Source: Squalus acanthias (lineage: Eukaryota). Taken from it: a DNA stretch of 64,000 nucleotides. The position numbers and the translations under genes were made by a program. Positions 25,550 to 36,865 of the stretch are shown one piece after another (within the stretch, counting starts at the first letter, position 1; each line of letters starts with the position of its first letter). The notes under the pieces were generated by a model. It was given only the letters and a program-made list of their open reading frames with translations. It did not search any database and was not told the origin of the DNA. The stretch spans positions 100,442,001 through 100,506,000 of the forward strand of contig CM059431.1 in assembly GCA_030390025.1 (NCBI GenBank), in the 5' to 3' direction.

Positions 25550-26346
25550 GGGGGGAATTTGGCCAGCCCTGGGGAGGCAGGTTTGGAGGCGGGACTGTCG
25601 GGAAAATGGCAGAAACTGGGAGCGGGTACCGAACCCACTCCCAACCCCCCTCCGTGCCATCTTCCCGGGAGGCGGGTCACCGACTCGCGCAGGGACCTGT
25701 CTCCTCGAGGCGGGAAGGGGATTACAGCCACTTAACAGGTAGTTAACAGGCAGTTAAGAGGCTTATCCCCATTTTACCAACACAAGTGCGGGCTTCCCGA
25801 CGTCGGGAAACCCCGCCAGGGGTCAGCAAGCAGTGGGTCTGCAGGGGTGAGAGGGGTCGAAATGTGCGCTGTGGAGGTGAGTGATGGGTGCAAGTGTGGA
25901 GAGGTAAGTATGGGAGGTGAGTGAAAAGTGTAGGCTTCAACCGTTGGGGATCCAGAGGCTCCTCATCTCCACGGCAGAGATGACAGAATGGCTACTGCAT
26001 TCTCCGATGCAACAGCCATCTTATTTCTGCTCAGGAAAGAGGTTTGGTGAGTCTTGAGTACAAGGGCTCACCAAAGAACAGAGAATGTCAGTGTTTGACA
26101 GTTTCTCAAAGCTGTCAAATGATGAAAATTCATCTGTCAAAAATTTTTGACAGATGAAACGTCATACGCTGACGTTCTCTGTAACCGGCTTTCCCTTAAT
26201 TGGCCTGCTAAGCCCGCAGGGTGGGCTTAACAAGGTCAATCAAGGAAAAATAGCGTGGGCTGGCCAAACGTTGTTGGGGGCGGGACTGAAACCCGACAAC
26301 CAGCAGTCCCGCCCCCAATGCGTCCCCATTGAAAAAATCCAGCCCC
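25550..26346. mobile_element. GC-rich MITE-like element
   Basis: Begins GGGGGAATTT, ends AAAATCCAGCCC, with GGCGGGACTG/CAGTCCCGCC inverted subterminal motif. Confidence 0.45.
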
Positions 26347-26348
26347 TA

Positions 26349-26799
26349 GTGTCAGCCGTGGCTCGGTGGGTAGCACTCTTGCCTGAGTCAGAAGTTCGTG
26401 GGTTCAAGTCCCACTCCAGAGACCTGAGCACCAAATCCAGGCTGACACTTCAGTGCAGTACTGAGGTGCCGTCTTTCGGGTGAGACGTTAAACCGAGGCC
26501 CCGACTGCTATCTCAGGTAGATGTAAAAGATCTCACGGCACTATTTTGAAGAAGAGCAGGGGAGTTCTCCCCGATGTCCAGGGGCCAATATTTATCCCTC
26601 AATAAACATCACTAAAACAGATTATCTGGTCATTATCACATTGGTGTTTGTGGGAGCTTGCTGTGTGCAATTTTGGCTGCCGTGTTACCTACCTTACAAC
26701 AGTGACCATACTTCAAAAAAGTACTTCATTGGCTGTAAAACGCTGTAAAGGGACGTCCTGAGGATGGGAAAGGCGCTAAATAAATGCAAGTTCCTTTCT
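26349..26799 (+). mobile_element. Deu-domain tRNA-SINE with most of the 33-bp unit deleted
   Basis: CAGTGCAGTACTGAG joined directly to GTGCCGTC at ~26451-26473. Confidence 0.88.
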
Positions 26800-27357
26800 G
26801 ACTCGTCTATCGTTACCTGGTTCCTCCTTCTTGAACAGATTGTTACGTTCAATTCTCGGGCACAATTTCCATACTCAAGGATGCTTGAAAGATTATGGTC
26901 TGAGCCTCTATTAAATCCCCCCTGATTTCCCGTAACTTTCTATGATTCTGTCCTTTCATTACCACTACCATAATAGTCTATGAAAATTGAAGCAAAGTAC
27001 GCATTTAGCATCTCTGCCATGCCTTCGTCTTCCATGAGAAGATTCCTTCTAATCAGCCTATCCTCTCTGTAACTTTTTGTGTTTATAAAATCCTTTATTA
27101 TTTCCCTTTGCTATCTACCAGTCTTTCTTCATACTCCTCTAAGCCTTTGTGATCTCCTCTCTTCTCCTCCATGTTCGGCTTAATTTTCATTTGTATTATT
27201 GACTCTAGAATTATCTTATGTTTCCAAGTCTAATTTTAATGTATCTATTCATCCAGGTAACTTTAATTGTAATTCCATTTTCACCTTTAAATAAGTTCCA
27301 CTTTTAGATGAAGGTATTTGTGCTTACAGTAACATTATGTTATTTTCAAACTTTTTT

Positions 27358-27942
27358 TTTTCGTTCCTGGGATGTGGGCGTGGCTGGCAAGGCCAGCATT
27401 TATTGCCCATCCCTAGTTGCCCTTGAGAAGGTGGTGGTGAGCCGCCTTCTTGAACCGCTGCAGTCTGTGCGGTGAAGGTACTCCCACAGTGCTGTTAGGG
27501 AGGAAGTTACAGGATTTTGACCCAGCGACAATGAAGGATCAGCGATATACTTCTAAGTCAGGATGGTGTGTGACTTGGAGGGGAACTTGGAGGTGATGGT
27601 GTTCCCATGCGCCTGCTGCCCTTGTCCTTCTAGGTGGAAGAGGTCGCGGGTTTGGGAGGTGCTGTCGAAGAAGCCTTGGCAAGTTGCTGCAGTGCATCTT
27701 GTAGATGGTGCACACTGCAGCCACGGTGCGCCGGTGGTGGAGGGAGTGAATGTTTAAGGTGGTGGATGGGGTGCCTAACAAGCGGGTTGCTTTGTCCTGG
27801 ATGGTGTCGAGCTTCTTGAGTGTTGTTGGAGCTGCACTCATCCAGGCAAGTGGAGAGTATTCCATCACACTCCTTACTTGTGCCTTGTAGATGGTGGAAA
27901 GGCTTTGGGGAGTCAGGAGGTGAGACACAGAATACCCAGCCT
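27358..27942 (-). mobile_element. CR1-clade (RSg-1-like) LINE 3' fragment
   Basis: ORF 27539-27928 IYKAQVRSVMEYSPLAW..LDTIQDKA..SLHHRRTVAA. Confidence 0.88.
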
Positions 27943-28209
27943 ATATAACACTCCTCTTCTAAAGAACATCCCAGAGTGCTTTTGCGAGGAGAGAGTTGGA
28001 CATTGAACAAGAAGTAAAAGGAATTTGGGGGGGAAAGGGGAAGGCGGATAAGATGGTCAAAAAAAGGGGAAGGCTCTATGAGTTTGAAAGGAGAGGTGGC
28101 AAAGTGAAGTGGTTTTGGAAAGAATTCCAGGGGTTTAATAATTGAAACATCGACCTCTGATGATGCAAGTGGAGGAGGCAGGGCACAATAGGTTGGAGGG
28201 GGCTGCATA

Positions 28210-28582
28210 TAGTGACACCGCAAATCCAGGCCAGAATGGAGATGATTGGGTAATTCCCCCGTCAATCACGCCCGGAGACCGCACTGGGATTAATTTTATG
28301 CATGCAATTTGTATTATGTAACTATCCTCCACTCACTGCATATTGCTGGAGAAATCACCCTGTCCTTATCTGGAAATATAATCACCCTGCTGCGGTTATG
28401 AGTTCTGTTTGCTGTAGTTCATAGAGACTCTTTTTAAATAGACTCTGTAGACTGTTTGCTGTGGTGCGCGGTTTAAACAGACTCTGTTTGCTGTAAAATA
28501 GACTGCTGACTGTGAGCCCTGCCGTAAATCCCGCCCCACCTCCAACTCATTGGCTGACGCGGTGGTGTCAATAGACACTCTG
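28210..28582 (+). repeat. Unclassified ~380-bp repeat, copy 2
   Basis: Aligns by eye with 1715-2646 and 34922-35305. Confidence 0.75.
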
Positions 28583-29236
28583 GGTTAATGCAGATTGTAA
28601 CCACAAAGCAGCAGAATAACTGAAGGGATTAGAGGAAGCTACAGCAGGCCAAGCACAAATTAGAAAAGCACGTTGCTAAAAGTTCGGTTCTCAATGCTAA
28701 TTGTTTATTAAATGAGACTGCATGAAAGTTTGTGGGCTCAGGTCATTGCGACATGCAAAAAGGTCAAAGTTAATGTATTCACAGGGACTATTAATAGACT
28801 TAAGTATCGTAATCAAGGGCCGACTCCAAGCTCTATTCACGTGCAATGGGATAAGATGCCTGCTCGTTATGTTACTCAGACCTATTTGTGAACAACTTGT
28901 AGATACGTTTGCATGTTTAAGCGGCAAACTGGTGTGTTTTAACCCAACTTATAATAAATTAGCTAAATTATACAGAAATATAATTATAATTGAGCATTGA
29001 TTCTTACCTATTATAAATAAACTAGTTAAATATCGAATAACTGTTGTGGTGGGGCACAGAAATGTAAATGTAGTGAGTGCTAAGTTAAGCCAAGTGAAAT
29101 CTTATGGTCCAATGAAAAAGAAAATACTGTAAAGATTAATAGTTTGGCTCTGCACGATTCAACATCGAATGCACAGCAAGAACACTCATCTAAGACAGTC
29201 AGTGTAACAAATGGAAAATATTGCCATAACGCTTAC

Positions 29237-29377
29237 CTCATCTCCAACAGCAACAGCTACAGTGACAACTGACCCAGGCATTGGTGCTTTCAGAATGTTA
29301 CTCGTGTCCTCTGGGACTTTCTCAAGCATGTGCTTATTCAGTTCTGCTGCTAGCTTGGTCAGTACTTGGACTTTGTA
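29237..29377 (-). CDS. PCCA: PCCA coding exon immediately upstream of the EAMKM exon
   Basis: Minus-strand 141-nt exon with a polypyrimidine tract plus AG (ctttctttatttttag) and a GTAAGC donor. It translates [47 protein letters not shown], matching recalled human [46 protein letters not shown]. It splices in frame (phase 0) to 1225-1302. Confidence 0.95.
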
Positions 29378-29549
29378 CTAAAAATAAAGAAAGAACATAT
29401 AAATTTCTGAAATCAGCTATGCAATTAAAATGACCAAGCTAAATATCTTCAATCGCTTTGAAAGCTACTTGTGTTCGGTCTTTTGCCAAGACAGGTTCAC
29501 TCTAAACATGTGAAGTTAACCCTACTAACTACTGTCCCATAAACAAGTA

Positions 29550-30915
29550 CCAGCCTTGGCTCAGTGGGTAGCACTCTCGCCTCTCGTGGGTTCAAGCCCC
29601 ACTCCAGAGACTCGAGCACAAAATCTAGGCGGACACTCCAGTGCAGTACTGAGGGAGTGCTGCACTGTCGGGGGGTCAGTACTGAGGGAGCGCCGCACTG
29701 TCGGTGGGGCAGTACTGAGGGAGTGCTGCACTGTCGGGGGGTCAGTACTGAGGGAGCGCTGCACTGTCGGAGGGGCAGTACTGAGGGAGCGCCGCACTGT
29801 CGGAGGGGCAGTACTGAGGGAGTGCTGCACTGTCGGAGGGGCAGTACTCAGGGAGTGCTGCACTGTCGGAGGGGCAGTACTGATGGAGTGCCGCACTGTC
29901 GGAGGGGCAGTACTGAGGGAGCGCCGCACTGTCGGAGGGGCAGCACTGAGGGAGTGCTGCACTGTCGGAGGGGCAGCACTGAGGGAGTGCTGCACTGTCG
30001 GAGGGGCAGTACTGAGGGAGTGCTGCACTGTCAGAGGGGCAGTACTGAGGGAGCGCCGCACTGTCGGAGGGGCAGCACTGAGGGAGTGGTGCACTGTCGG
30101 AGGGGCAGTACTGAGGGAGCGCCGCACTGTCGGAGGGGCAGCACTGAGGGAGTGCTGCACTGTCGGAGGGGCAGTACTCAGGGAGGGCTGCACTGTCAGA
30201 GGGGCAGCACTGAGGACTGCTGCACTGTCGGAGGGGCAGTACTCAGGGAGTGCTGCACTGTCGGAGGGGCAGTACTGATGGAGTGCCGCACTGTCGGAGG
30301 GGCAGTACTGAGGGAGCGCCGCACTGTCGGAGGGGCAGCACTGAGGGAGTGCTGCACTGTCGGAGGGGCAGCACTGAGGGAGTGCTGCACTGTCGGAGGG
30401 GCAGTACTGAGGGAGTGCTGCACTGTCAGAGGGGCAGTACTGAGGGAGCGCCGCACTGTCGGAGGGGCAGCACTGAGGGAGTGCTGCACTGTCGGAGGGG
30501 CAGCACTGAGGGAGTGCTGCACTGTCAGAGGGGCAGTACTGAGGGAGCGCCGCACTGTCGGAGGGGCAGCACTGAGGGAGTGCTGCACTGTCGGAGGGGC
30601 AGCACTGAGGGAGTGCTGCACTGTCAGAGGTGCCGTCTTTCGGGTTGGATGTAAAAGATCCCATGGCACTATTTTGAAAAAGAACAGGGGAGTTCTCCCC
30701 AGTGTCCTGGCCAATATTTATCCCTCAAACACCACCTAAAACAGATTATCTGGTCATTATCACATTGCTGTTTGTGGGAGCTTGCTGTGCGCAAATTGGC
30801 TGCTGTGTTTCCTACATTACAACAGTGACTGCACTTCAAAATGTACTTCATTGGCTGCAAAGCACTTTGAGATGTCCTGAGGTTGTGAAAGGCGCTGTAT
30901 AAATGCATGTCTTTA
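29550..30915 (+). mobile_element. Deu-domain SINE with a second internal minisatellite expansion
   Basis: tRNA head 29550-29605, array, then SINE body and tail. Confidence 0.85.
29641..30632 (+). repeat. 33-bp minisatellite, ~30 units
   Basis: Tandem GCAGTACTGAGGGAGTGCTGCACTGTCGGAGGG. Confidence 0.97.
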
Positions 30916-31091
30916 TTGGTCAACATTTTTGGATCCTAGATCGCAGTTGCAGAAGTGGATGCGCATCAAGATAGAAAGGAAGCCAAGTTCCCAACTCCAA
31001 AGCCCACAGAAGAAAAAATCCTTGCAACATGCAGACCCCGGCACCCATAACAAAATATACAATACTTGCTTCTCCAATATATTGCGTCTTA

Positions 31092-31276
31092 GAAAGAAAG
31101 ACTTGCATTTATACAGCGCCTTTCACGACCTCAGGACGTCCCAAAGCTCTTCACAGCCAATGAGGTACTATTTTGAAGTGTAGTCACTGTTGTAATGTAG
31201 GAAACGCAGCAGCCAATTTGCGCACAGCAAGCTCCCACAAACAGCAATGTGATAATGGCCAGATAATCTGTTTTTT
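31092..31276 (-). mobile_element. Deu-SINE 3' half
   Basis: Tail and body match the family. Confidence 0.85.
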
Positions 31277-32383
31277 TTTAAATGAAGTTGACTGTACAAA
31301 TTTATTACAAACTCACAACTATGAAGACTTTGTTTTAACTGTTACCACCAGTTCCTTCCACAGGGTGTAGGATTAGATTCTGTTACCACATGTCCCAGAC
31401 AGTAAGTACCAATTTCAGTGAGGGCTAAGGGAGAAATCAGGTGATGAGCCACCTCAGGGCGCGCTCGTGCATTCCAGATCGTAACAGCTCGCTGCGTAAG
31501 AAAGATTTTCCTCAATACAAGAGGTAAATCAATTCTGAAACTTTGAAAAGTGATGACTCCCCTTTTTGAATTTTCCCAATTCAGCTCCTTAATAAAGGAG
31601 ATAAATGACTGTGTAGAAGAGGATTTTAAAATATTCTCCTCTGGAGGATTAGTGCTCTAAGCTTGCCATTCACACGAGATTCCTGCAGATGGCAGCAGAC
31701 GCTGCTCAAAGTTTGCCCCAGCGAGCATGTGAAATGGGGCTTGTAAGAATTGAGGGAAATTAGTCTTTTTAATTACTATATTAATAACTTTATATTTTCT
31801 TTCCCCGCTCCCTTTGCTTCGATTAAAGTGCGCGGATGTCCTCAGCATCCCAAGTCAGCACAGGATTAAAACAGTTCGCGGACATCTCTTCCTACAGCAG
31901 CAGTGCAATTTCTGTTCTGATTCAACAAGAGGCAACCCAGCGTGATTAACAAAGGTTTCGCTCCCTTTCTTCCGCCTTCCCCTCCCCCCACCGCCTGCTC
32001 CCACAAGATGACCTGACAAGACTGAAAGACATTCTCCTTTCTTCTCTGTCCCTCCTCTTTAAGACCGAGTCTCTACAATGGTTGAGATTTCAAACTTTTA
32101 AAAAACTATAATTTGATTTTTTTTTTAATATTCTTATCCATCTGCTGGTGGTGATAATTCACATGGTCCTCGCAGGGGCGGTGAAACTATATCCCACTAT
32201 GAAAGATCACCTTCTGTACCCCATCTATGTCGACATTCTTCATGTGCGAGTCACAGAATAGAATCAAACAGCACAGAAGGAGGCCATTCGGCCCATTGTG
32301 CCTGTGCCGGCTCTTTGAAAGAGCTCTCCAATTAGTCCCACTCCCCCTGCTCTTTCCCCATAGCCCTGCAAAATTTTCCTTGG

Positions 32384-32742
32384 AAGTGCAGTCACCAGTT
32401 ATAATATTGGGAAAAGCGGCAGCCAATTTGTGCATGGCAGGATCCCACAGATAGCAATGAGATAAATGACCAGATAATCCATTTTTGATGGTGTTGGTTG
32501 AGGGATAAATATTGGCCCCAGGACACCTGGGAGAACTCCCCCTGCTCTTCTTCGAAATTGTGCCGTGGGATCTTTTACGTCCACCCGAGAGGGCATCCGA
32601 AAGACGACACCTCCGACAGTGCGGCACTCCCTCAGTACTGACACTGGGAACGTCAGCCTGGATTATGTGCTCAAGCCTCTGGAGTGGGACTTGAACCCAG
32701 GCCCTTCTGACTTGGGAAGTTACGATTACTGAGCCAAGATGA
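32384..32742 (-). mobile_element. Deu-SINE lacking its tail, next to a CR1 tail (32260-32383)
   Basis: Family body and head match. Confidence 0.8.
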
Positions 32743-33449
32743 CACACATACCAGCAGTGCAATTTAGATATGAATGTTAGACTTGCTTTACAAAAGTAAC
32801 TAAATTTAATTTCAATACTGCTCGAAGCTTTTGGTTAAAGAGTTTGCAGAAACGCTCCCTGTAAATTCTGCTGTCACTCTAATTAATGAGTAGCCAGAAG
32901 GCAATATTTTCGTGAGATCCAAAGATTTGACTAAAGATGCACTAACCGCACTTTCACAGTCTTAAAATTCTGGTTTGTCAAGTTTTGAAAAAAAAATAAA
33001 TGATCATTTTGCAGATTCACTGTTAACACGACAGATGCAATGATCATTTGATGGTTGGGAACTAGGACTGCAGTGGACTCAATACTGCTGTAGGCTCACA
33101 GTATGAGAAGCGTACCAAGAGAAGTTACAGTTCAAAATGACAGTCAGCACAATCCGATTATTGCTAAGTGCAAAACACGACATTTTATATCAAAAATATG
33201 CTAATCCACCTTTTCTTATGCCCACTAGGATACAGTTGACAAAAAAAACTTTAAAAGACATAAATAAAGGGTATTGTGATCACCGCAAAACAGCCTTGCA
33301 TAGGAGGACAAATTGCTAGTAACTTTTGCTAAGGTGGGCACGTTTCACTTTTTGGGTCCTGCTGAATAATTTAAAACTCGACAACAAGAATAAGCTTTCA
33401 GAATCAGGCCATTCGGACCATCGAGCCCGTGCCGGCTCTCTGTAGACTG

Positions 33450-33843
33450 TAACAACTACCACTTGGATTTATATAGCGCCTTTAACGTAGTAAAACGTCC
33501 CAAGGCGCTTCACAGGAACATTATCAAACAAATTATGACACCGAGCCACATAAGGAGATATTAGGACAGGTGCTTAGTCACAGAGGTCATTTCAAAGGAG
33601 CATCTTCAAGGAGGAGAGAGAGAGAGAGGTGGAGAGGTTTAGGGAGGGAATTCCAGAGCTTAGGGCCGAGGCAGCTGAAGGCACGGCCACCAATGGTGGA
33701 GCGATGGAAATCGGGGATGTGCAAGAGGCCAGAATTGGAGGAGAGCAGAGACCTCGGAGGGTTACGGGGCTGGAGGAGTTTACAGAGATAGGGTAGGGGG
33801 CGAGGCCATGCAGGGATTTGAAAACAAGGATGAGAATTTTAAG
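33450..33843 (-). mobile_element. L2 LINE 3' fragment
   Basis: KILILVFKSLHGLAP in ORF 33592-33942, plus L2 tail. Confidence 0.88.
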
Positions 33844-34149
33844 GGTCTCAAGTGAAATGAGTTTGCAAAAATACTTCGCCCAGCTCCTAATGAACAGAGT
33901 TGCACAGCATAAAACTGCCCGCAACTTGTCACTAACTGGCATTGATTAACTGGAGACACATGGCGGGTTAATATTCAACTTTACCACCAGGACAGTAACC
34001 TGGGCCAGTGCACAGTGAACTCCTCAGCAATACCCAAGAAGGCTATTCTTGCCTCGCAAAGCAATAACTAGTTATGCCAACTGCCAAGACAGCTCGTCGG
34101 CACACCTCATAAGGCATATATCGTCAGCCAAGACTGGAGCCCACTGCAG

Positions 34150-34340
34150 CATTCTGAAGAGGAGCAGGGGAGTTCTCCCCGGTGTCCTGGGGCCAATATT
34201 TATCCTTCAACTAACATCGCTAAAAAAAAATAAAAGGATGATCTGGTCATTTACCTCACTGCAGTTTTTTTTGGGGGATCTTGCTGTGCACAAATTGGCC
34301 GCTGCGTTTCCTACATTACAACGGTGACTGCACTTCCAAA
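34150..34340 (+). mobile_element. Deu-SINE internal fragment
   Basis: GAGCAGGGGAGTTCTCCCCGGTGTCCTGGGGCCAATATTTATCC. Confidence 0.75.
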
Positions 34341-34921
34341 AATGAATCTGATCCATCAGACAGACTGGATTTTATATAAATATTTACAATATCGTTATCG
34401 AACCATAAATTATTTAAAAAATTGCACACTCTTTCAATATCAAATTGAATTGCATTAATAACTGGGTCCCAGTCTAATCCTTGAAATCCTGCCAAATAAC
34501 AAATAAATATTTATTCCAGTGTGTTAATGCAAAGATGAAGTCAACTATGACTAAACCTGTTATAAGAGACAGGTCAAAGCTCTGCGCCATCTGTTGTCGC
34601 ATCACACACACAAGTTTGTTCATCAGTGACTGAATTGGCGAGTTACATAACGAGCAAAGCCATCGCATGAATATCCAGGCATCCCAAGAATCGCCTGGTG
34701 CGTCAGTTTTATTGTACAGGCTGATTCGGCAAATTCTTAATTCTCTAATTCTGTATGATCTGAAAGGCTGGCTGCTGCTGCCCTGAGAAGGAAAAAAAAA
34801 CCCTACAACTTCGTACTTACGGGCTGCAAACACCTGGAGTTGCTCACTTTAAACCTTCTTCAATTCCCGACAGATGACCACGTTTGCTACAAAATTGAAC
34901 TTGCTGCTAATTAAGGCCGCG

Positions 34922-35305
34922 TAGAGTGTCACCACTATTCCCGGCCAAAATGGAGATGATTGGGTAATTTCCCCCGTCAATCAAGCCCGGAGATCGCGCT
35001 GCTGTGAGTGACTGGGATTGATTTTACGCACAGAATTTGTATTATGCAGCTATCCTCCACTCACTGCACTTTGCTGGAGAAATAATCCTGCTTTTATCGG
35101 GAGACGTTGCTGCAGTTTCATCCGTGAGTTCTGTTTGCTGCAGTTCGTTGAGACTTCATTTTAAATAGACACTGTAAATGAACTTTTTTGCTTTGCTGTT
35201 TGCGTCGTCTGTTGTAAAATAGGCTGTTTGCCGTGAGCCCTCCCATAAGTCCCAACCCACCTCTACAAATCATTGGCTGACACAGTGATGTCAACAGACA
35301 CTCCG
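34922..35305 (+). repeat. Unclassified ~380-bp repeat, copy 3 (most complete)
   Basis: Begins TAGAGTGTC and ends GACACTCCG, a possible short TIR. Confidence 0.75.
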
Positions 35306-35651
35306 ATGAAGCAAGTCAAATAGTCTGCTGACAGAGATTGTATCAGCTCTCATGCAACGAATGGCTACTTACGTTAAGTACCAGAGGATTGCTAGTGACT
35401 TTGGAATTGTACCCCATGTAAGACGTTCTGATTGTCTGACAGTTTATAGAGTTCAGACCCGTGGAACAGACAACACAAAACCCAATGAATCTGTGAAACT
35501 TCTTTTACTTAAAAATCAACAAGAGGTTACAAATAATTACAAATAATTACCAGAATACAAACTGTACTCAATTCATGTATTTATCACAAGCAAGCATCTA
35601 AAATCAGTTACTTTAAGATTATAAGCAAAACCACATACGTACTATTCACCA

Positions 35652-35925
35652 TGATGCGGAGATGCAGGTGTTGGACTGGGGTGGACAAAAGTGAGAAGTC
35701 GCACAACACCAGGTTATAGTCCTACAGTTTTATTTGAAATCACAAGCTTTCGGAGCGGCTGCTCCTTCGTCAGGTGAAGTGAAGAAATACAAATGAGCAC
35801 AGCATATATAGACAGAGAACAATGCCTGTGCAGAGAACAATGCCAGACGACTACATTTAATCTTTCTGACTGCCCTTTATCACACCTCGGCAGAGAAACA
35901 ATCACGGCAATCAAATCCACCATTC
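35652..35925 (-). mobile_element. Penelope-type terminal fragment with 11-bp TSD
   Basis: TSD ACTATTCACCA at 35641-35651 and 35926-35936; contains a hammerhead core followed by AATAAA on the minus strand. Confidence 0.75.
35740..35777 (-). ncRNA. Minimal type I hammerhead ribozyme motif (Penelope-associated)
   Basis: Minus strand UCAC-CUGACGA-A-GGAGC(AGCC)GCUCC-GAAA-GC-UU-GUGA: both core boxes, stem I UCAC/GUGA, 5-bp stem II, palindromic AGCU in place of stem III. Confidence 0.7.
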
Positions 35926-36214
35926 ACTATTCACCAGATGAGAGGTCAATTCAACGATGACTAGACGTAGACTAACTGTAACTGGCAACTGACCAGGTCA
36001 CCATCGACTATAGCCCCGAATATCAGTGTCCAATAACACTTATACCCCAAAACTTGGCAACTGGCCCATAGCATTCATGTTTTCCTCTCTCTCTTCCTAT
36101 CTGTTTTGGCACTTAGGTAACCAAGGCCAGACATCCAAGGATTGGAGAGAGTCCTTGTGTTTCACATCTGCAGCATTGTTGACTCGTGGTTCTCTCAGAA
36201 TTTTCAAGATCTTG

Positions 36215-36400
36215 GGGCCAGAAATTCGGCTCTCCGGCTTCCCGCGGGTGCAAGGATCGCGCGCGTACTTACCTACCGCGCCTGCCGTTGTGCTTCGGGC
36301 CCGCATGGACTTCGGCTCCTGGGCTTCCTGCAGCTGCCGGCGCGCAGTGCTTGCGTAACCCAGGGGCGTACTCACCCGTGGAGACCCGAATTTCTGCCCC
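36215..36400. mobile_element. Short MITE
   Basis: TIRs GGGCCAGAAATTCGG / CCGAATTTCTGCCCC. Confidence 0.7.
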
Positions 36401-36610
36401 AAGCTTTTGAAGGAAAAGTACCAACACATCACTTATTTTACAGATGTTTTTATCCAAGCAGTCTCTTGCCCTCAAAGCTTGTCGGTACATTTGGTCACTT
36501 TTAGATTCAGTCAAATGGAGATTCAGTCAGTGTTACACCCAGAGAGAGTTAGCACCTTTGGGAAAGGGGGGGTGGGGGGGGGCGGGGAAGTTGCCAAGAG
36601 AAAGTATAAG

Positions 36611-36778
36611 GGCCTAGAAATTCATCTCGGACGGCGGCGTAAAACGGTTGGTGGTGCATAACGGGCGGTATTGGATCAGCGGCCCGTTATACGCAACGCC
36701 TGATATTCAGTTCCGTTGACGGGCGGCCGATCCGATACTGCCCATTTTGCGTCACTGCCCGAGATGAATTTCTGGGCC
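36611..36778. mobile_element. Short palindromic MITE, PIF/Harbinger-like
   Basis: 20-bp TIR GGCCTAGAAATTCATCTCGG / CCGAGATGAATTTCTGGGCC with one mismatch, flanked by AAG on both sides. Confidence 0.78.
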
Positions 36779-36865
36779 AAGAATTTTAAAACTGCTATTT
36801 TAGTATTTTCAATTGATGCCTTTCATATTTCCTTCTAATTAAAAATTCTGTACAATCAACGTAGA

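Larger units (their letters stand above)
1303..29236 (-). other. PCCA: PCCA intron (27,934 nt, GT-AG, phase 0)
   Basis: Bounded by the two exons above. The joined peptide ...[14 protein letters not shown]... is collinear with PCCA. Confidence 0.9.

Noticed and set aside
29556..30739. ORFs of 240-391 aa
   Set aside because: Same minisatellite artefact
33100..33140. Possible upstream PCCA exon (LLGT-like codons)
   Set aside because: No suitable GT donor or matching peptide context
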